Positions 41,372 to 51,170 of a DNA stretch of 64,000 nt are shown here, in pieces. The DNA lies in assembly GCA_913055685.1 (NCBI GenBank), contig CAJXKC010000001.1, positions 1,395,734 through 1,459,733 of the forward strand, written 5' to 3'. Under the pieces are notes generated by a model, which did no database searches, had not been told where the DNA came from, and was given only the letters and a program-made list of their open reading frames with translations. Source of the stretch: an uncultured Flavobacteriales bacterium. Its GTDB lineage: Bacteria > Bacteroidota > Bacteroidia > Flavobacteriales > Schleiferiaceae. Positions within the stretch are counted from its first letter, which is position 1; the number at the start of each line of letters is the position of its first letter. The position numbers were made by a program, and so were the translations under genes.

Positions 41372-42286
41372 ATGCAAAGAATCTTAGTCTCTTTTATTGT
41401 TTTGACCCTATTAAGTTCTTGTGTGAGCTACCGGCCAGTAGCTCCATTAAGCCAAGAGCATTTAAGTAGTCCGCCACATCCAGTAAATCCAGAGCTTTTT
41501 GACTTGGGAGGCTCATTACCTAATCGAACGATTGTGACTATAAAGCAGGAACAAATTACCAGCACCGGAAATCTAAAAAAGGCCCTGACCAAACGCTTAC
41601 GAAACCGATCTTTAGACGGAGCAATAATCACCTATCGCGATTATGCGACCCATGAAGCGGGGCGGGACCTTGGAAATGGTGAGGTACAATATTATACAGA
41701 ACACAATCACTTCGCCGAGTATTATCCATTTATCTACTTAGATGAAATTGCTAGCCGAGGAATTCTTGACTCCATCGTGCTGGAAGTTTCGGATCCAAAT
41801 GGGGATGACTATCAGGTGTATTTCTTATTGGATTGGCAAGAACAATTACGGTATATGCCCGCAGCGTTAAAACCGCAGGATTTTAGAGCTCTGGCGGTTC
41901 AGCCCTGGTTTTTCCTTCGCCAAAGATCAGGTTGGTACACCGCTTATTCCAGCAATGTTTATTTCAGTCAAAGGCGCTACGGCAGTGGTCCAGCGGCCCT
42001 TAAATATACTCCCTCAATAAACTATTATAATGTGTTTTATCTAAATGTACCCGGACCCAATTACAAGCTCTGGGTTTCTTTAGGCAAGGCAGATAGATAC
42101 CATATTGACTCACTTCAATATGAAGGGGAGCGCATAAAGGTGCTTCGGGACGACTTTCTAGGGATTGTCCGTAGTGAGACTTTTAGGATGCCCGATGGGA
42201 GACAATATCACTTTCGATACTTTTATAAAAGGCCGGAGCATGTTCCCAAAGATTGGATAATTGATCCGAAGAGTTTGCAACATTAA
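41372..42286 (+). CDS. Hypothetical lipoprotein
   Basis: Lipobox LLSSC; 304-aa ORF; no family recognised. Confidence 0.7.
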   Translation: MQRILVSFIVLTLLSSCVSYRPVAPLSQEHLSSPPHPVNPELFDLGGSLPNRTIVTIKQEQITSTGNLKKALTKRLRNRSLDGAIITYRDYATHEAGRDLGNGEVQYYTEHNHFAEYYPFIYLDEIASRGILDSIVLEVSDPNGDDYQVYFLLDWQEQLRYMPAALKPQDFRALAVQPWFFLRQRSGWYTAYSSNVYFSQRRYGSGPAALKYTPSINYYNVFYLNVPGPNYKLWVSLGKADRYHIDSLQYEGERIKVLRDDFLGIVRSETFRMPDGRQYHFRYFYKRPEHVPKDWIIDPKSLQH

Positions 42287-42305
42287 GGCTTGAGGATTAC
42301 ATTTG
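42274..42305 (+). promoter_or_regulatory. Promoter for metH-metF
   Basis: TTTG (42274-42277), 20-nt spacer, TACATTTG (42298-42305). Confidence 0.8.
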
Positions 42306-42310
42306 CTCTC

Positions 42311-42414
42311 ATACTTATCCAGAAAGACGGAGGGAATGGGCCCGATGATGTCTTAGCAACCCCTTAGGGCGGGTGCTACTTCCCACCTCGTTTTCATACG
42401 AGGATAGATGAGAG
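42311..42414 (+). promoter_or_regulatory. SAM-I (S-box) riboswitch
   Basis: CUUAUC...GAUGAG P1, AGAAAGACGGAGGGA, GGCCCGAUGA kink-turn region, GCAACC...GGUGC P3, P4 CCUCG/CGAGG; upstream of metH. Confidence 0.95.
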
Positions 42415-42476
42415 GCGTTTCGCAAGAACAATTCCAATTCAATCTGGCTTTCTCGGTAAGTTGTAGTAAAGAAACT

Positions 42477-43484
42477 ATGACGAAAGAAGCTATTTTCAAG
42501 ATTTTAGATGAGCGGATATTGGTGTTGGACGGAGCAATGGGCACCATGATTCAGCGCCACAAGCTAGGAGAAGCCGAGTATCGGGGTCAGCGCTTCGCTG
42601 ATTGGCCCAGCGATTTAAAAGGCAACAATGACCTATTAAGTCTTAGTCAGCCGCAAATAATAAAAGACATACACCGCGCTTATTTGGAAGCTGGGGCTGA
42701 TATTATTGAGACCAACACTTTTAATAGTACCCGTATTTCCATGGCCGATTACAATATGGAAGATTTGGTACCTGAAATTAACCGGGAGTCGGCTCGTTTG
42801 GCGCGCGAAGCGGCCGATGAGTATACGGCTAAGAACCCTGGGAAACCTCGCTTAGTTGCGGGCTCCATGGGTCCTACTAATAAAACCGCTAGTCTTAGTC
42901 CGGATGTAAACAACCCCGGCTTTCGAGCCATAGATTTTGATACCCTAGCCGCTAACTACCGCGAGCAGGCGGAAGCATTAATTGAAGGTGGGGTAGATAT
43001 TTTATTGGTGGAAACGGTTTTTGATACGCTAAACGCCAAGGCTGCCTTATTTGCTTTAGAAGAACTTTTTGATGATTTAGGTAAGGACTTTCCTATTATG
43101 GTTTCGGGAACAATTACCGATGCCTCGGGACGCACCCTATCGGGTCAAACGGCCGAAGCCTTTTTAACCAGCCTAAGTCATGTGCCGCTAATGTCCATTG
43201 GCTTAAACTGTGCCTTGGGAGCGGATCAGTTAAGGCCTTATGTTAATGTGTTAAACCGAAAGGCACCCTTTGCTGTCTCGGCCCATCCTAATGCGGGTTT
43301 ACCAAATGCTTTTGGGGAATACGATCAGGGGCCAGATGAAATGGGCGCCTTAATCCGCGAGTATTTAGAGCAACAATTGGTAAATGTGATAGGTGGTTGT
43401 TGTGGTACCACACCCGAACATATTCGAGTAATGGCAGATTTGGCACAGGAGTTTGAACCTCGAAAAATTACGGCATTAGTATGA
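42477..43484 (+). CDS. metH: B12-dependent methionine synthase, N-terminal homocysteine-binding module (split MetH)
   Basis: Start moved to ATG 42477; [42 protein letters not shown]. Confidence 0.95.
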   Translation: MTKEAIFKILDERILVLDGAMGTMIQRHKLGEAEYRGQRFADWPSDLKGNNDLLSLSQPQIIKDIHRAYLEAGADIIETNTFNSTRISMADYNMEDLVPEINRESARLAREAADEYTAKNPGKPRLVAGSMGPTNKTASLSPDVNNPGFRAIDFDTLAANYREQAEALIEGGVDILLVETVFDTLNAKAALFALEELFDDLGKDFPIMVSGTITDASGRTLSGQTAEAFLTSLSHVPLMSIGLNCALGADQLRPYVNVLNRKAPFAVSAHPNAGLPNAFGEYDQGPDEMGALIREYLEQQLVNVIGGCCGTTPEHIRVMADLAQEFEPRKITALV

Positions 43485-46120
43485 ACCTCTCCGGATTAGA
43501 GCCTTTAGCGATTTCGCCAGCCTCCAATTTTGTGAATGTGGGGGAGCGAACCAATGTAACCGGTTCGCGAAAGTTTTTGCGGCTAATTAAAGAAGATAAA
43601 TACGATGAAGCCTTGGAAGTGGCCCGTGATCAAGTTGAAGGAGGCGCCCAGATTTTAGATGTCAATATGGATGAAGGCATGCTGGAGGGTAAGGCAGCCA
43701 TGGTCAAATTCTTACATCTTATTGCTGCAGAACCCGATATCGCCCGCATCCCAATAATGATTGACTCCTCGAAGTGGGAAATAATTGAAGCAGGATTAAA
43801 ATGCGTGCAGGGCAAGTCGGTAGTTAACTCCATTAGCCTTAAAGGCGGAGAAGCGGAGTTTTTGCGTCAAGCAAAATTAGTACGGCGCTATGGGGCAGCC
43901 GTAATTGTAATGGCCTTTGATGAAAAAGGCCAGGCCGATACCTATGAACGACGCATTGAAATCTGTGAACGTTCTTATAAGCTTTTAAGGGAAAAGATCA
44001 ACTTTCCCGCCGAAGACATCATTTTCGATCCAAATATCTTTCCGGTGGCAACCGGTATAGAGGAGCATCGCAGAAATGCCTTAGACTTCTTTAAGGCTAC
44101 CCAATGGATTAAGGAGAATCTTCCCCAGGCCAAGGTAAGTGGTGGGGTGAGCAATGTATCCTTTAGCTTCCGCGGCAATCAATTGGTACGCGAAGCCATG
44201 CATGCCGCTTTCCTATATCATGGTATTCAACACGGAATGGATATGGGAATTGTCAATCCAACCATGCTTGAGGTGTATGAGGAAATCCCTAAAGACCTCT
44301 TGGAAAGGGTTGAGGATGTACTATTAGACCGTCGTGATGATGCCACCGAGCGCCTGCTAGATTTTGCCGAAACGGTAAAAGGCGAAGCCCGCAGCAAGGA
44401 AAAGGATTTAAGCTGGCGAGAAGCACCAGTGGAAAAGCGTATTGAGCATGCCTTAGTAAAAGGAATTGTCGATTTCATCGAAGAAGATGTAGAAGAGGCT
44501 CGGCCAAATTTCGAAAAAGTATTAGGCCTTATCGAAGGGCCTTTGATGGACGGCATGAATGTGGTCGGCGATCTTTTTGGTTCAGGGAAAATGTTTTTAC
44601 CCCAAGTGGTAAAGTCAGCTCGAGTTATGAAGAAGGCCGTAGCTTATTTGGAGCCTTATCTCGAGGCGGAAAAGGCCGCCAGTAGTGATGTTTCTAAAAA
44701 GGGTAAAATTTTGCTAGCCACCGTTAAAGGCGATGTCCATGATATTGGGAAGAATATAGTAGGAGTGGTTTTGGCCTGCAATAATTTCGACATTGTGGAC
44801 CTTGGCGTGATGGTTCCTTTACAAGAGATCATCGAAACCGCTAAACGAGAGCAAGTAGATGTTATAGGGCTTAGCGGTTTAATTACGCCTTCTTTAGACG
44901 AGATGATAGAAGTGGCTAAGGAAATGGAGCGTCAGCAATTGGATATCCCCTTAATGATTGGCGGAGCCACCACTTCTAGGGCGCATACGGCGGTTAAGAT
45001 TTACCCCGAGTATTCCAATATTGTGGTGCATGTCAATGATGCCAGTCGATCGGTTCCTATAGCGCAGACCTTAGCCCAGCCAAAAGCCCGCCCAGAGTTT
45101 AAATCCAAGATTAAGCAGGAGTATGAGAAGCTACGAGATGGCTATTTAAATCGGGCGAAAGCCAAAGAATTAGTAAGTCTAGCTGAGGCGAGGAGCAATG
45201 CAGCCACTTTAGATTTCGACCATATAGTGGAGCCTCGAGTTAAAGGCTTGCAGACCGCTTTAGAATTTGATTTAGCAGTTTTAAGAAACTATATCGATTG
45301 GACCCCCTTCTTTCAGACCTGGCAATTGCATGGTAAATACCCACGAATTCTTGAGGATAAAGTGGTAGGTGAGGAAGCCACCAAGCTTTTTGATGATGCT
45401 CAAAAAATGCTAGACCAAATTGTGGCTGAAAAATGGATTGAAGCCAAAGGTCTTTTTGGAATATGGGAAGCAGAACGTTTGGGCCGGGACGATATTCAAC
45501 TCTATGAAAATGGAAAGGAGAAAGCCATCTTCCATACCCTAAGACAACAAACGAAAAAGGCTGCAAAAGCTCCCAATTTAGCTTTATCAGATTTTGTGTC
45601 GCCCGAAGGAAAAGATCATGTCGGATGCTTTGCCGTTTGTGCAGGCCTGGGAATAGAGAAGAAACTAGTTGAGTTCGAACAACAGCACGACGATTACAGT
45701 AGTATTCTACTCAAGGCCTTAGCCGATCGCTTAGCGGAAGCCGCTGCGGAATACCTACATGAGCAGGTGCGAAAGGATTATTGGGGCTATGCTCAAGATG
45801 AAGCACTCCTTAACGAAGAATTAATTAAAGAACAATACCAGGGCATTCGCCCGGCGCCCGGTTATCCCGCATGTCCGGACCATTTAGAGAAGACCACCAT
45901 TTTTGAATTATTGCAAGCTGAATCTATCGGGATGAGCTTAACAGAGAGCCTAGCCATGAATCCGGCCGCTAGTGTTTCGGGCTATTATTTTGCGCATCCA
46001 GATTCCAAGTATTTCGGTTTGGGGAAAATAAATAAAGACCAGGTGGTCGACTATGCCCAAAGAAGAGGAATTAGTATTGAAGAAGCGGAGAAATGGCTCC
46101 GACCCAATTTGAATTATTAG
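43481..46120 (+). CDS. metH: B12-dependent methionine synthase, pterin-binding, cobalamin-binding and activation modules
   Basis: [54 protein letters not shown]. Confidence 0.97.
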   Translation: MNLSGLEPLAISPASNFVNVGERTNVTGSRKFLRLIKEDKYDEALEVARDQVEGGAQILDVNMDEGMLEGKAAMVKFLHLIAAEPDIARIPIMIDSSKWEIIEAGLKCVQGKSVVNSISLKGGEAEFLRQAKLVRRYGAAVIVMAFDEKGQADTYERRIEICERSYKLLREKINFPAEDIIFDPNIFPVATGIEEHRRNALDFFKATQWIKENLPQAKVSGGVSNVSFSFRGNQLVREAMHAAFLYHGIQHGMDMGIVNPTMLEVYEEIPKDLLERVEDVLLDRRDDATERLLDFAETVKGEARSKEKDLSWREAPVEKRIEHALVKGIVDFIEEDVEEARPNFEKVLGLIEGPLMDGMNVVGDLFGSGKMFLPQVVKSARVMKKAVAYLEPYLEAEKAASSDVSKKGKILLATVKGDVHDIGKNIVGVVLACNNFDIVDLGVMVPLQEIIETAKREQVDVIGLSGLITPSLDEMIEVAKEMERQQLDIPLMIGGATTSRAHTAVKIYPEYSNIVVHVNDASRSVPIAQTLAQPKARPEFKSKIKQEYEKLRDGYLNRAKAKELVSLAEARSNAATLDFDHIVEPRVKGLQTALEFDLAVLRNYIDWTPFFQTWQLHGKYPRILEDKVVGEEATKLFDDAQKMLDQIVAEKWIEAKGLFGIWEAERLGRDDIQLYENGKEKAIFHTLRQQTKKAAKAPNLALSDFVSPEGKDHVGCFAVCAGLGIEKKLVEFEQQHDDYSSILLKALADRLAEAAAEYLHEQVRKDYWGYAQDEALLNEELIKEQYQGIRPAPGYPACPDHLEKTTIFELLQAESIGMSLTESLAMNPAASVSGYYFAHPDSKYFGLGKINKDQVVDYAQRRGISIEEAEKWLRPNLNY

Positions 46121-46121
46121 C

Positions 46122-47075
46122 ATGAAAATTACCGAACATATTGCTCAGTCGAAAGACACTTTATTTTCATTTGAGATTTTACCGCCTTTAAAAGGTCAGC
46201 GGATCGAGGATATTTACGAGGTTATCGATCCCTTAATGGAATTTGACCCCCCTTTTATAAATGTTACTTACCATCGAGAAGAAGTAGTTTACAAAAGGTT
46301 GCCTAATGGTTTATTGGAGCAGAAAACGGTGCGCAAGCGACCGGGAACGGTTGGCATCTGTGCCGCTTTACAGTACCGCTATAAAGTAGATACTGTGCCG
46401 CATATGCTTTGTGGTGGTTTTAGTAAAGAGGATACCGAGAATGCTTTAATCGACCTCGACTTTTTGGGGGTCGAGAATGTACTTGCCCTAAGGGGAGATA
46501 GTATGAAAAATGAGCGCTTCTTCGCACCTGAGGCCGATGGTCACCAATATGCTAAAGATCTGGTGGGACAAATAAAGGACATGAATGAAGGTCGCTTTTT
46601 AGACGATGAATTGCAGAATACTAATAAAACTAACTTTTGCATAGGGGTTGCCGCTTATCCCGAAAAGCATTTCGAAGCACCCAGTTTAAATCAGGATATT
46701 ATGCATCTTAAGCAAAAGGTAGATGCGGGAGCTGATTTTATCATCACCCAGTTGTTTTTCGATAATCAGAAGTACTTCGACTTTGTTAATCGTTGCCGCA
46801 AAGCGGGAATCACGGTGCCCATAATTCCCGGTTTAAAACCGCTGTCAACTAAGCAGCACTTAAGTTTTCTCCCTCATTTCTTTAAAGTGGACTTGCCCGA
46901 TGATTTGGTAAAGGCGGTGGTAGATTGTAAGGATAATGCCGCTGCTAGGCAGGTTGGAATCGAATGGGGTATTAAACAGGCCCAAGAGCTTAAAGCGGCG
47001 GGAGTGCCGGCAATCCATTTCTATTCTATGGGTCGGCCCGATAATATTGCCGCTATTGCCCGCGCTACCTTTTAA
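46122..47075 (+). CDS. metF: 5,10-methylenetetrahydrofolate reductase
   Basis: SFEILPP, NVLALRGD, GVAAYPEKH, GADFIITQLFFD, IHFYSM. Confidence 0.96.
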   Translation: MKITEHIAQSKDTLFSFEILPPLKGQRIEDIYEVIDPLMEFDPPFINVTYHREEVVYKRLPNGLLEQKTVRKRPGTVGICAALQYRYKVDTVPHMLCGGFSKEDTENALIDLDFLGVENVLALRGDSMKNERFFAPEADGHQYAKDLVGQIKDMNEGRFLDDELQNTNKTNFCIGVAAYPEKHFEAPSLNQDIMHLKQKVDAGADFIITQLFFDNQKYFDFVNRCRKAGITVPIIPGLKPLSTKQHLSFLPHFFKVDLPDDLVKAVVDCKDNAAARQVGIEWGIKQAQELKAAGVPAIHFYSMGRPDNIAAIARATF

Positions 47076-47184
47076 AGTTTTCAACAGCAGCGGGTAATAT
47101 TTGTGGATAGATACTGATGGCTCAAGGTCGACGCTTGGATGTGCTTCTTTAAATTAGAATCAAGATTCAAACTAAAACACGTCT

Positions 47185-48603
47185 ATGCCTGCCAAAGCCA
47201 AAGCGACTACCAAAGCAAAACCAGTAAAAAAAACTAGTTCAAAGTCTAGCACCAAGCGCACTGCAAAATCGGTATCCAAAGTATTTGTGCTCGATACTTC
47301 GGTGATTTTATACGATCATAACTCCATCATGAACTTTGATGAGCATGATGTGGCTATTCCCATTACCGTTTTGGAAGAATTGGATGAGTTTAAGAAAGGT
47401 AGCGATACCAAAAATTACGAGGCAAGGCAGTTTATTAGGCTTATTGACCGAAAGGCAGGTGAAAGCAATATAAATGACTGGATATCCTTAAACGGTGGAA
47501 CCAAAGGTCGTTTTAAGGTGATTATGGATACCCGCGGAGTGGGAGAGGATGCGCAGCGTATTTTCGGTGCCGGGAAGAATGATCATAAGATTTTAAATGC
47601 CGCCTTAAATCTAACCGAAGAAGAAAAGGACCGCAAAGTAATTCTGGTAACCAAGGATATTAACCTTCGTTTAAAGGCCAAGGCTTTAAATCTTACTGCC
47701 GAGGATTATGAAACGGGAAAGATTAAGGATGTCGACAGTCTCTATACCGGGAAGACGAATTTGGATGATTTCGATCAAGATTTGATTGATACATTGTACA
47801 AGAAGAAAACCCTACCGCTGGATAAAGTAGAAAAGGTCTACCCCAGTTTTTCTAAACTTAACAATCACTTTTACATCTTAAAGGCAAGCAAGAGCAGTAC
47901 CCTTTCATTTTACAATGCCTTCAGCGAAAGCTTGGACCAAATTGAAAAGAAAAGCTATTACGGTATTAAACCTCGCAATGCTGAGCAAGCTTTTGCCTTG
48001 CATGCGATTGCTAATCCCGATGTAAAGCTTGTAACCCTTAGCGGAGTAGCAGGTACGGGAAAAACCTTATTGGCCTTAGCGGGCGCCTTAGAGCAAAGAC
48101 GTGACTTTAAGCAAATTTACTTGGCGCGACCAATCGTTCCGCTTAGTAATAAAGATATCGGTTATTTACCGGGTGACATGAAGGCTAAGATTAATCCTTA
48201 TATGCAACCCTTATGGGATAACCTTAAGTTTATCAAGAACCAGTTTAATGAGCAGGATAAAGAATACCGTCAGATTGATGAGATGGTTACTTCCGAGAAA
48301 TTACTGGTTACACCCTTGGCTTACATTAGAGGTCGTAGTTTATCTAATGTGATTTTCATTGTGGATGAGGCCCAAAACTTAACTCCCCATGAGGTTAAAA
48401 CCATTATCACGCGTGCGGGAGAAAACGCCAAGTTTGTATTCACCGGTGATGTAAACCAGATTGATACGCCTTATTTGGATGAGCAGTCAAATGGCCTGAG
48501 CTACCTTATTGATAAGATTAAGGGTAATAAGTTATTTGCCCACGTATTATTGGAAAAAGGCGAACGCTCCGAATTAGCCAATCTCGCTAATGAGTTGCTT
48601 TAA
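47185..48603 (+). CDS. PhoH family protein (PIN domain plus PhoH ATPase)
   Basis: FVLDTSVILYD, NDHKIL, VTKDINLR; GVAGTGKT Walker A, YIRGRS, IVDEAQN, GDVNQID. Confidence 0.94.
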   Translation: MPAKAKATTKAKPVKKTSSKSSTKRTAKSVSKVFVLDTSVILYDHNSIMNFDEHDVAIPITVLEELDEFKKGSDTKNYEARQFIRLIDRKAGESNINDWISLNGGTKGRFKVIMDTRGVGEDAQRIFGAGKNDHKILNAALNLTEEEKDRKVILVTKDINLRLKAKALNLTAEDYETGKIKDVDSLYTGKTNLDDFDQDLIDTLYKKKTLPLDKVEKVYPSFSKLNNHFYILKASKSSTLSFYNAFSESLDQIEKKSYYGIKPRNAEQAFALHAIANPDVKLVTLSGVAGTGKTLLALAGALEQRRDFKQIYLARPIVPLSNKDIGYLPGDMKAKINPYMQPLWDNLKFIKNQFNEQDKEYRQIDEMVTSEKLLVTPLAYIRGRSLSNVIFIVDEAQNLTPHEVKTIITRAGENAKFVFTGDVNQIDTPYLDEQSNGLSYLIDKIKGNKLFAHVLLEKGERSELANLANELL

Positions 48604-48959
48604 TAGTTTTCCTGCTTAAAAGCCAAAAAGGAATAAACTCCAAGTATTAGCTCAATGGTAGAGTAGAGCATGAGTCCGGGGTTGGCGAAGTCGATAATGA
48701 GAATGGTGATAAAGAAAGCCGGTTGCAAAAGGCGGTAGTTTATAATCCAACGGTAAAGGCCGTCGATATCGTAAAAACTGCTTTTATAGCTGATGATTCC
48801 TTCAATGAACATGAAATATCCGAGGGTGCGCAGCCAATAGCGCGCCACGATATCCTTCCAGAAAAATAACATTACCTGATCGGGAATTGCCACCAAGATA
48901 AGGCCAGCGAAAATTAATATCCAGCCCGAATGTTTTATGGTTTTTGCCGTACGCGTCAT
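48600..48959 (-). CDS. Hypothetical membrane protein (about 4 TM)
   Basis: Hydrophobic 119-aa ORF filling the gap between PhoH and the pckA terminator. Confidence 0.6.
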   Translation of the reverse strand: MTRTAKTIKHSGWILIFAGLILVAIPDQVMLFFWKDIVARYWLRTLGYFMFIEGIISYKSSFYDIDGLYRWIINYRLLQPAFFITILIIDFANPGLMLYSTIELILGVYSFLAFKQENY

Positions 48960-48996
48960 TGCTGCACTAAAATAGAGTCAAATTTTGAATTGCAAT

Positions 48997-49026
48997 AAAA
49001 AAGCCCGACCAATGGCCGGGCTTTTT
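48997..49026. terminator. Intrinsic terminator after pckA (T-tracts on both strands)
   Basis: AAAAAGCCCG-ACCAATGGC-CGGGCTTTTT. Confidence 0.88.
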
Positions 49027-49044
49027 CGTTATTCGATTCGAATC

Positions 49045-50661
49045 TTAATTAACATCCGCTGATACTTTAGGTGCACCAGCCATTATTTCATCGCTCGCAT
49101 AGTCAGAGAATTTCTCGAAGTTTTTCAAGAATTTCTTAGCTAAGTTATTTGCGGTCTGATCGTATGCATCTTTATCTGCCCAGGTATTACGTGGGAATAA
49201 GATATCAGATGGAACATTAGGGCATTCGGTAGGCATGGCCAAACCAAATACTTCGTGGGTTTGGAAATCTACTGAATCTAATTCGCCGTTCATGGCGGCA
49301 GTGATCATGGCACGCGTGTATTTTAGGCTCATACGCTTACCCACACCGTAAGATCCGCCAGACCAGCCCGTGTTAACCAACCAAACATTTACGTTTGATT
49401 TTTGCATCTTCTCGCTTAGCATGTCGGCATACTTAGTAGGATGCAAGGGCATAAATGGTGCACCAAAACAAGCAGAGAATGCCACTTGAGGTTCGGTGAT
49501 GCCTTCTTCAGTTCCTGCTACTTTAGCGGTATAGCCGCTGATAAAGTGGAAAGCAGCCTGGCCCGGAGTCAGTTTCGAGATGGGAGGTAAAACCCCATAG
49601 GCATCACAGGTAAGGAAGAATACATTTCTTGGGTTTTCACCACGTGAAGGCTCCTGAATATTATCGATGTGATAAATAGGATAGCTCACCCGAGTATTCT
49701 CAGTTTTGCTGCTGTCGGTGTAATCCACTTCATTTCCGTCGCCTTTAAAGACGATGTTCTCCAAAAGAGCACCGGGTTTGATGGCGCGGAAAATATCGGG
49801 TTCTTTTTCTTCGCTAAGGTCAATAACCTTGGCATAGCATCCCCCTTCGAAATTGAAGATTACATCGTCTTCTGTCCAACCATGCTCATCGTCACCAATA
49901 AGCTTACGATTAGGGTCAGCACTAAGGGTAGTTTTGCCAGTACCGGATAAACCAAAGAAGAGTGCGGTATCACCTTCGGCACCAACATTGGCCGAACAGT
50001 GCATACTAAGCACATTTTTTTGATGAGGTAAAATAAAGTTGAGGGCCGAGAAAATTCCTTTCTTGATCTCTCCGGTATAACCTGTGCCTCCAACTACCGC
50101 CATTTGGTCGCTGAAGTTAAGGATGGCAAAATTAGATTGACGGGTATGGTCTACTTCAGGCTCCGCCATAAAGCCAGGAGCGTTAAATACCACCCAGTCC
50201 GGTTCAAAGTCTTTAAGTTCTTCTTCACTAGGGCGAAGGAACATATTGTGGGCAAAAATATTTGACCATGGTAATTCGGTAATTACCCGAATTTTTAAAC
50301 GGTAACGATCGTCGGCACATGCATATACATCACGTACGTAAATTTCCTTACCACCTAAGTAATCGGCTACTTTGGATTTGAGATTACCATAATGCTCAGG
50401 CTCGAATGGAATATTAATATCACCCCACCAAACTGAATCTTTGGTAAGCTCATCTTTTACAATAAAACGATCTTTAGGTGAACGCCCTTTGAAAGCTCCG
50501 GTGTCGATAGATAATGCTCCAGAATCGGCGATTTCGCCCATTCCTTTTTTTACCGCAATTTTTTCCAGATCTGAAGGGGAAAGGTTCCATTTGGCATCGG
50601 CATTTTTAATGCCGTATTGCTCGAGTGAAGCTTGAGTTGGTCTCACTTCTTTAAAACTCAT
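49045..50661 (-). CDS. pckA: Phosphoenolpyruvate carboxykinase (ATP)
   Basis: GRSPKDRF, GYTGEIKK, MHCSAN, GLSGTGKTTLS, IGDDEHGW, NFEGGCYAK, WLVNTGW. Confidence 0.99.
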   Translation of the reverse strand: MSFKEVRPTQASLEQYGIKNADAKWNLSPSDLEKIAVKKGMGEIADSGALSIDTGAFKGRSPKDRFIVKDELTKDSVWWGDINIPFEPEHYGNLKSKVADYLGGKEIYVRDVYACADDRYRLKIRVITELPWSNIFAHNMFLRPSEEELKDFEPDWVVFNAPGFMAEPEVDHTRQSNFAILNFSDQMAVVGGTGYTGEIKKGIFSALNFILPHQKNVLSMHCSANVGAEGDTALFFGLSGTGKTTLSADPNRKLIGDDEHGWTEDDVIFNFEGGCYAKVIDLSEEKEPDIFRAIKPGALLENIVFKGDGNEVDYTDSSKTENTRVSYPIYHIDNIQEPSRGENPRNVFFLTCDAYGVLPPISKLTPGQAAFHFISGYTAKVAGTEEGITEPQVAFSACFGAPFMPLHPTKYADMLSEKMQKSNVNVWLVNTGWSGGSYGVGKRMSLKYTRAMITAAMNGELDSVDFQTHEVFGLAMPTECPNVPSDILFPRNTWADKDAYDQTANNLAKKFLKNFEKFSDYASDEIMAGAPKVSADVN

Positions 50662-50695
50662 AATGCTAGGTTTTGATCAGCAATAATTTGTGGGA

Positions 50696-50703
50696 CAAAA
50701 TTA
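50696..50703 (-). promoter_or_regulatory. -7 promoter element for pckA
   Basis: Minus strand TAATTTTG. Confidence 0.7.
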
Positions 50704-50724
50704 AGACTAATCTCCGGCTTAAAG

Positions 50725-50740
50725 TGTGATTTATATCAGA
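50725..50740. promoter_or_regulatory. CRP/FNR-family-like box upstream of pckA
   Basis: TGTGA-TTTATA-TCAGA (9 of 10 CRP half-site positions; TGAT-N4-ATCA core). Confidence 0.5.
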
Positions 50741-50758
50741 AATAAAATCACTTTTAGT

Positions 50759-50778
50759 TAGCGTAAAAAGTACACTAA
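50759..50778. promoter_or_regulatory. Palindromic operator candidate, copy 1 (pckA upstream)
   Basis: TAGCGTA-AAAAG-TACACTA; 16/18 identical to the copy at 62403-62420. Confidence 0.55.
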
Positions 50779-50780
50779 CG

Positions 50781-51170
50781 CTAGGATTGCCGGGCCAAAG
50801 GGCTTGCTGCTAGCATTATCCAACCAGCGATTAAGGCAAGTCCTCCCAGGGGTGTAATCGGACCAAAAAAAGATAGATTTAAACCGATTAAATTATCTAA
50901 GGTTAATGCATAAATACTGCCCGAAAAAAAAATTATACCCAGGATCCAAAGTCTAAAAACCCAAGCGGAGAACTTAAATTTTTCATGAATAATAGCCAGG
51001 GCCATAAGTGCTAAAGCATGCCACATTTGATAACGAACGGCAGTATTAAAGCTCTCCAAACTTTGACTGTCTAATTCGGATTTTAAGGCGTGGGCTCCTA
51101 AGGCACCTAAGATTACAGCCAGACCAGCAATGGCACTGCTGCTGCGGAGGTAAGAACTATTTACTTGCAT
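50781..51170 (-). CDS. DUF423 (YgdD/TMEM256) small membrane protein
   Basis: LGALGAHAL, TAVRYQMWH, FSGSIYAL, GPITPLGG. Confidence 0.93.
   Translation of the reverse strand: MQVNSSYLRSSSAIAGLAVILGALGAHALKSELDSQSLESFNTAVRYQMWHALALMALAIIHEKFKFSAWVFRLWILGIIFFSGSIYALTLDNLIGLNLSFFGPITPLGGLALIAGWIMLAASPLARQS

Noticed and set aside
42408-42476. 23-aa N-terminal extension of MetH
   Set aside because: That ATG lies within the SAM-I P1 3-prime strand; the homologous start is 42477
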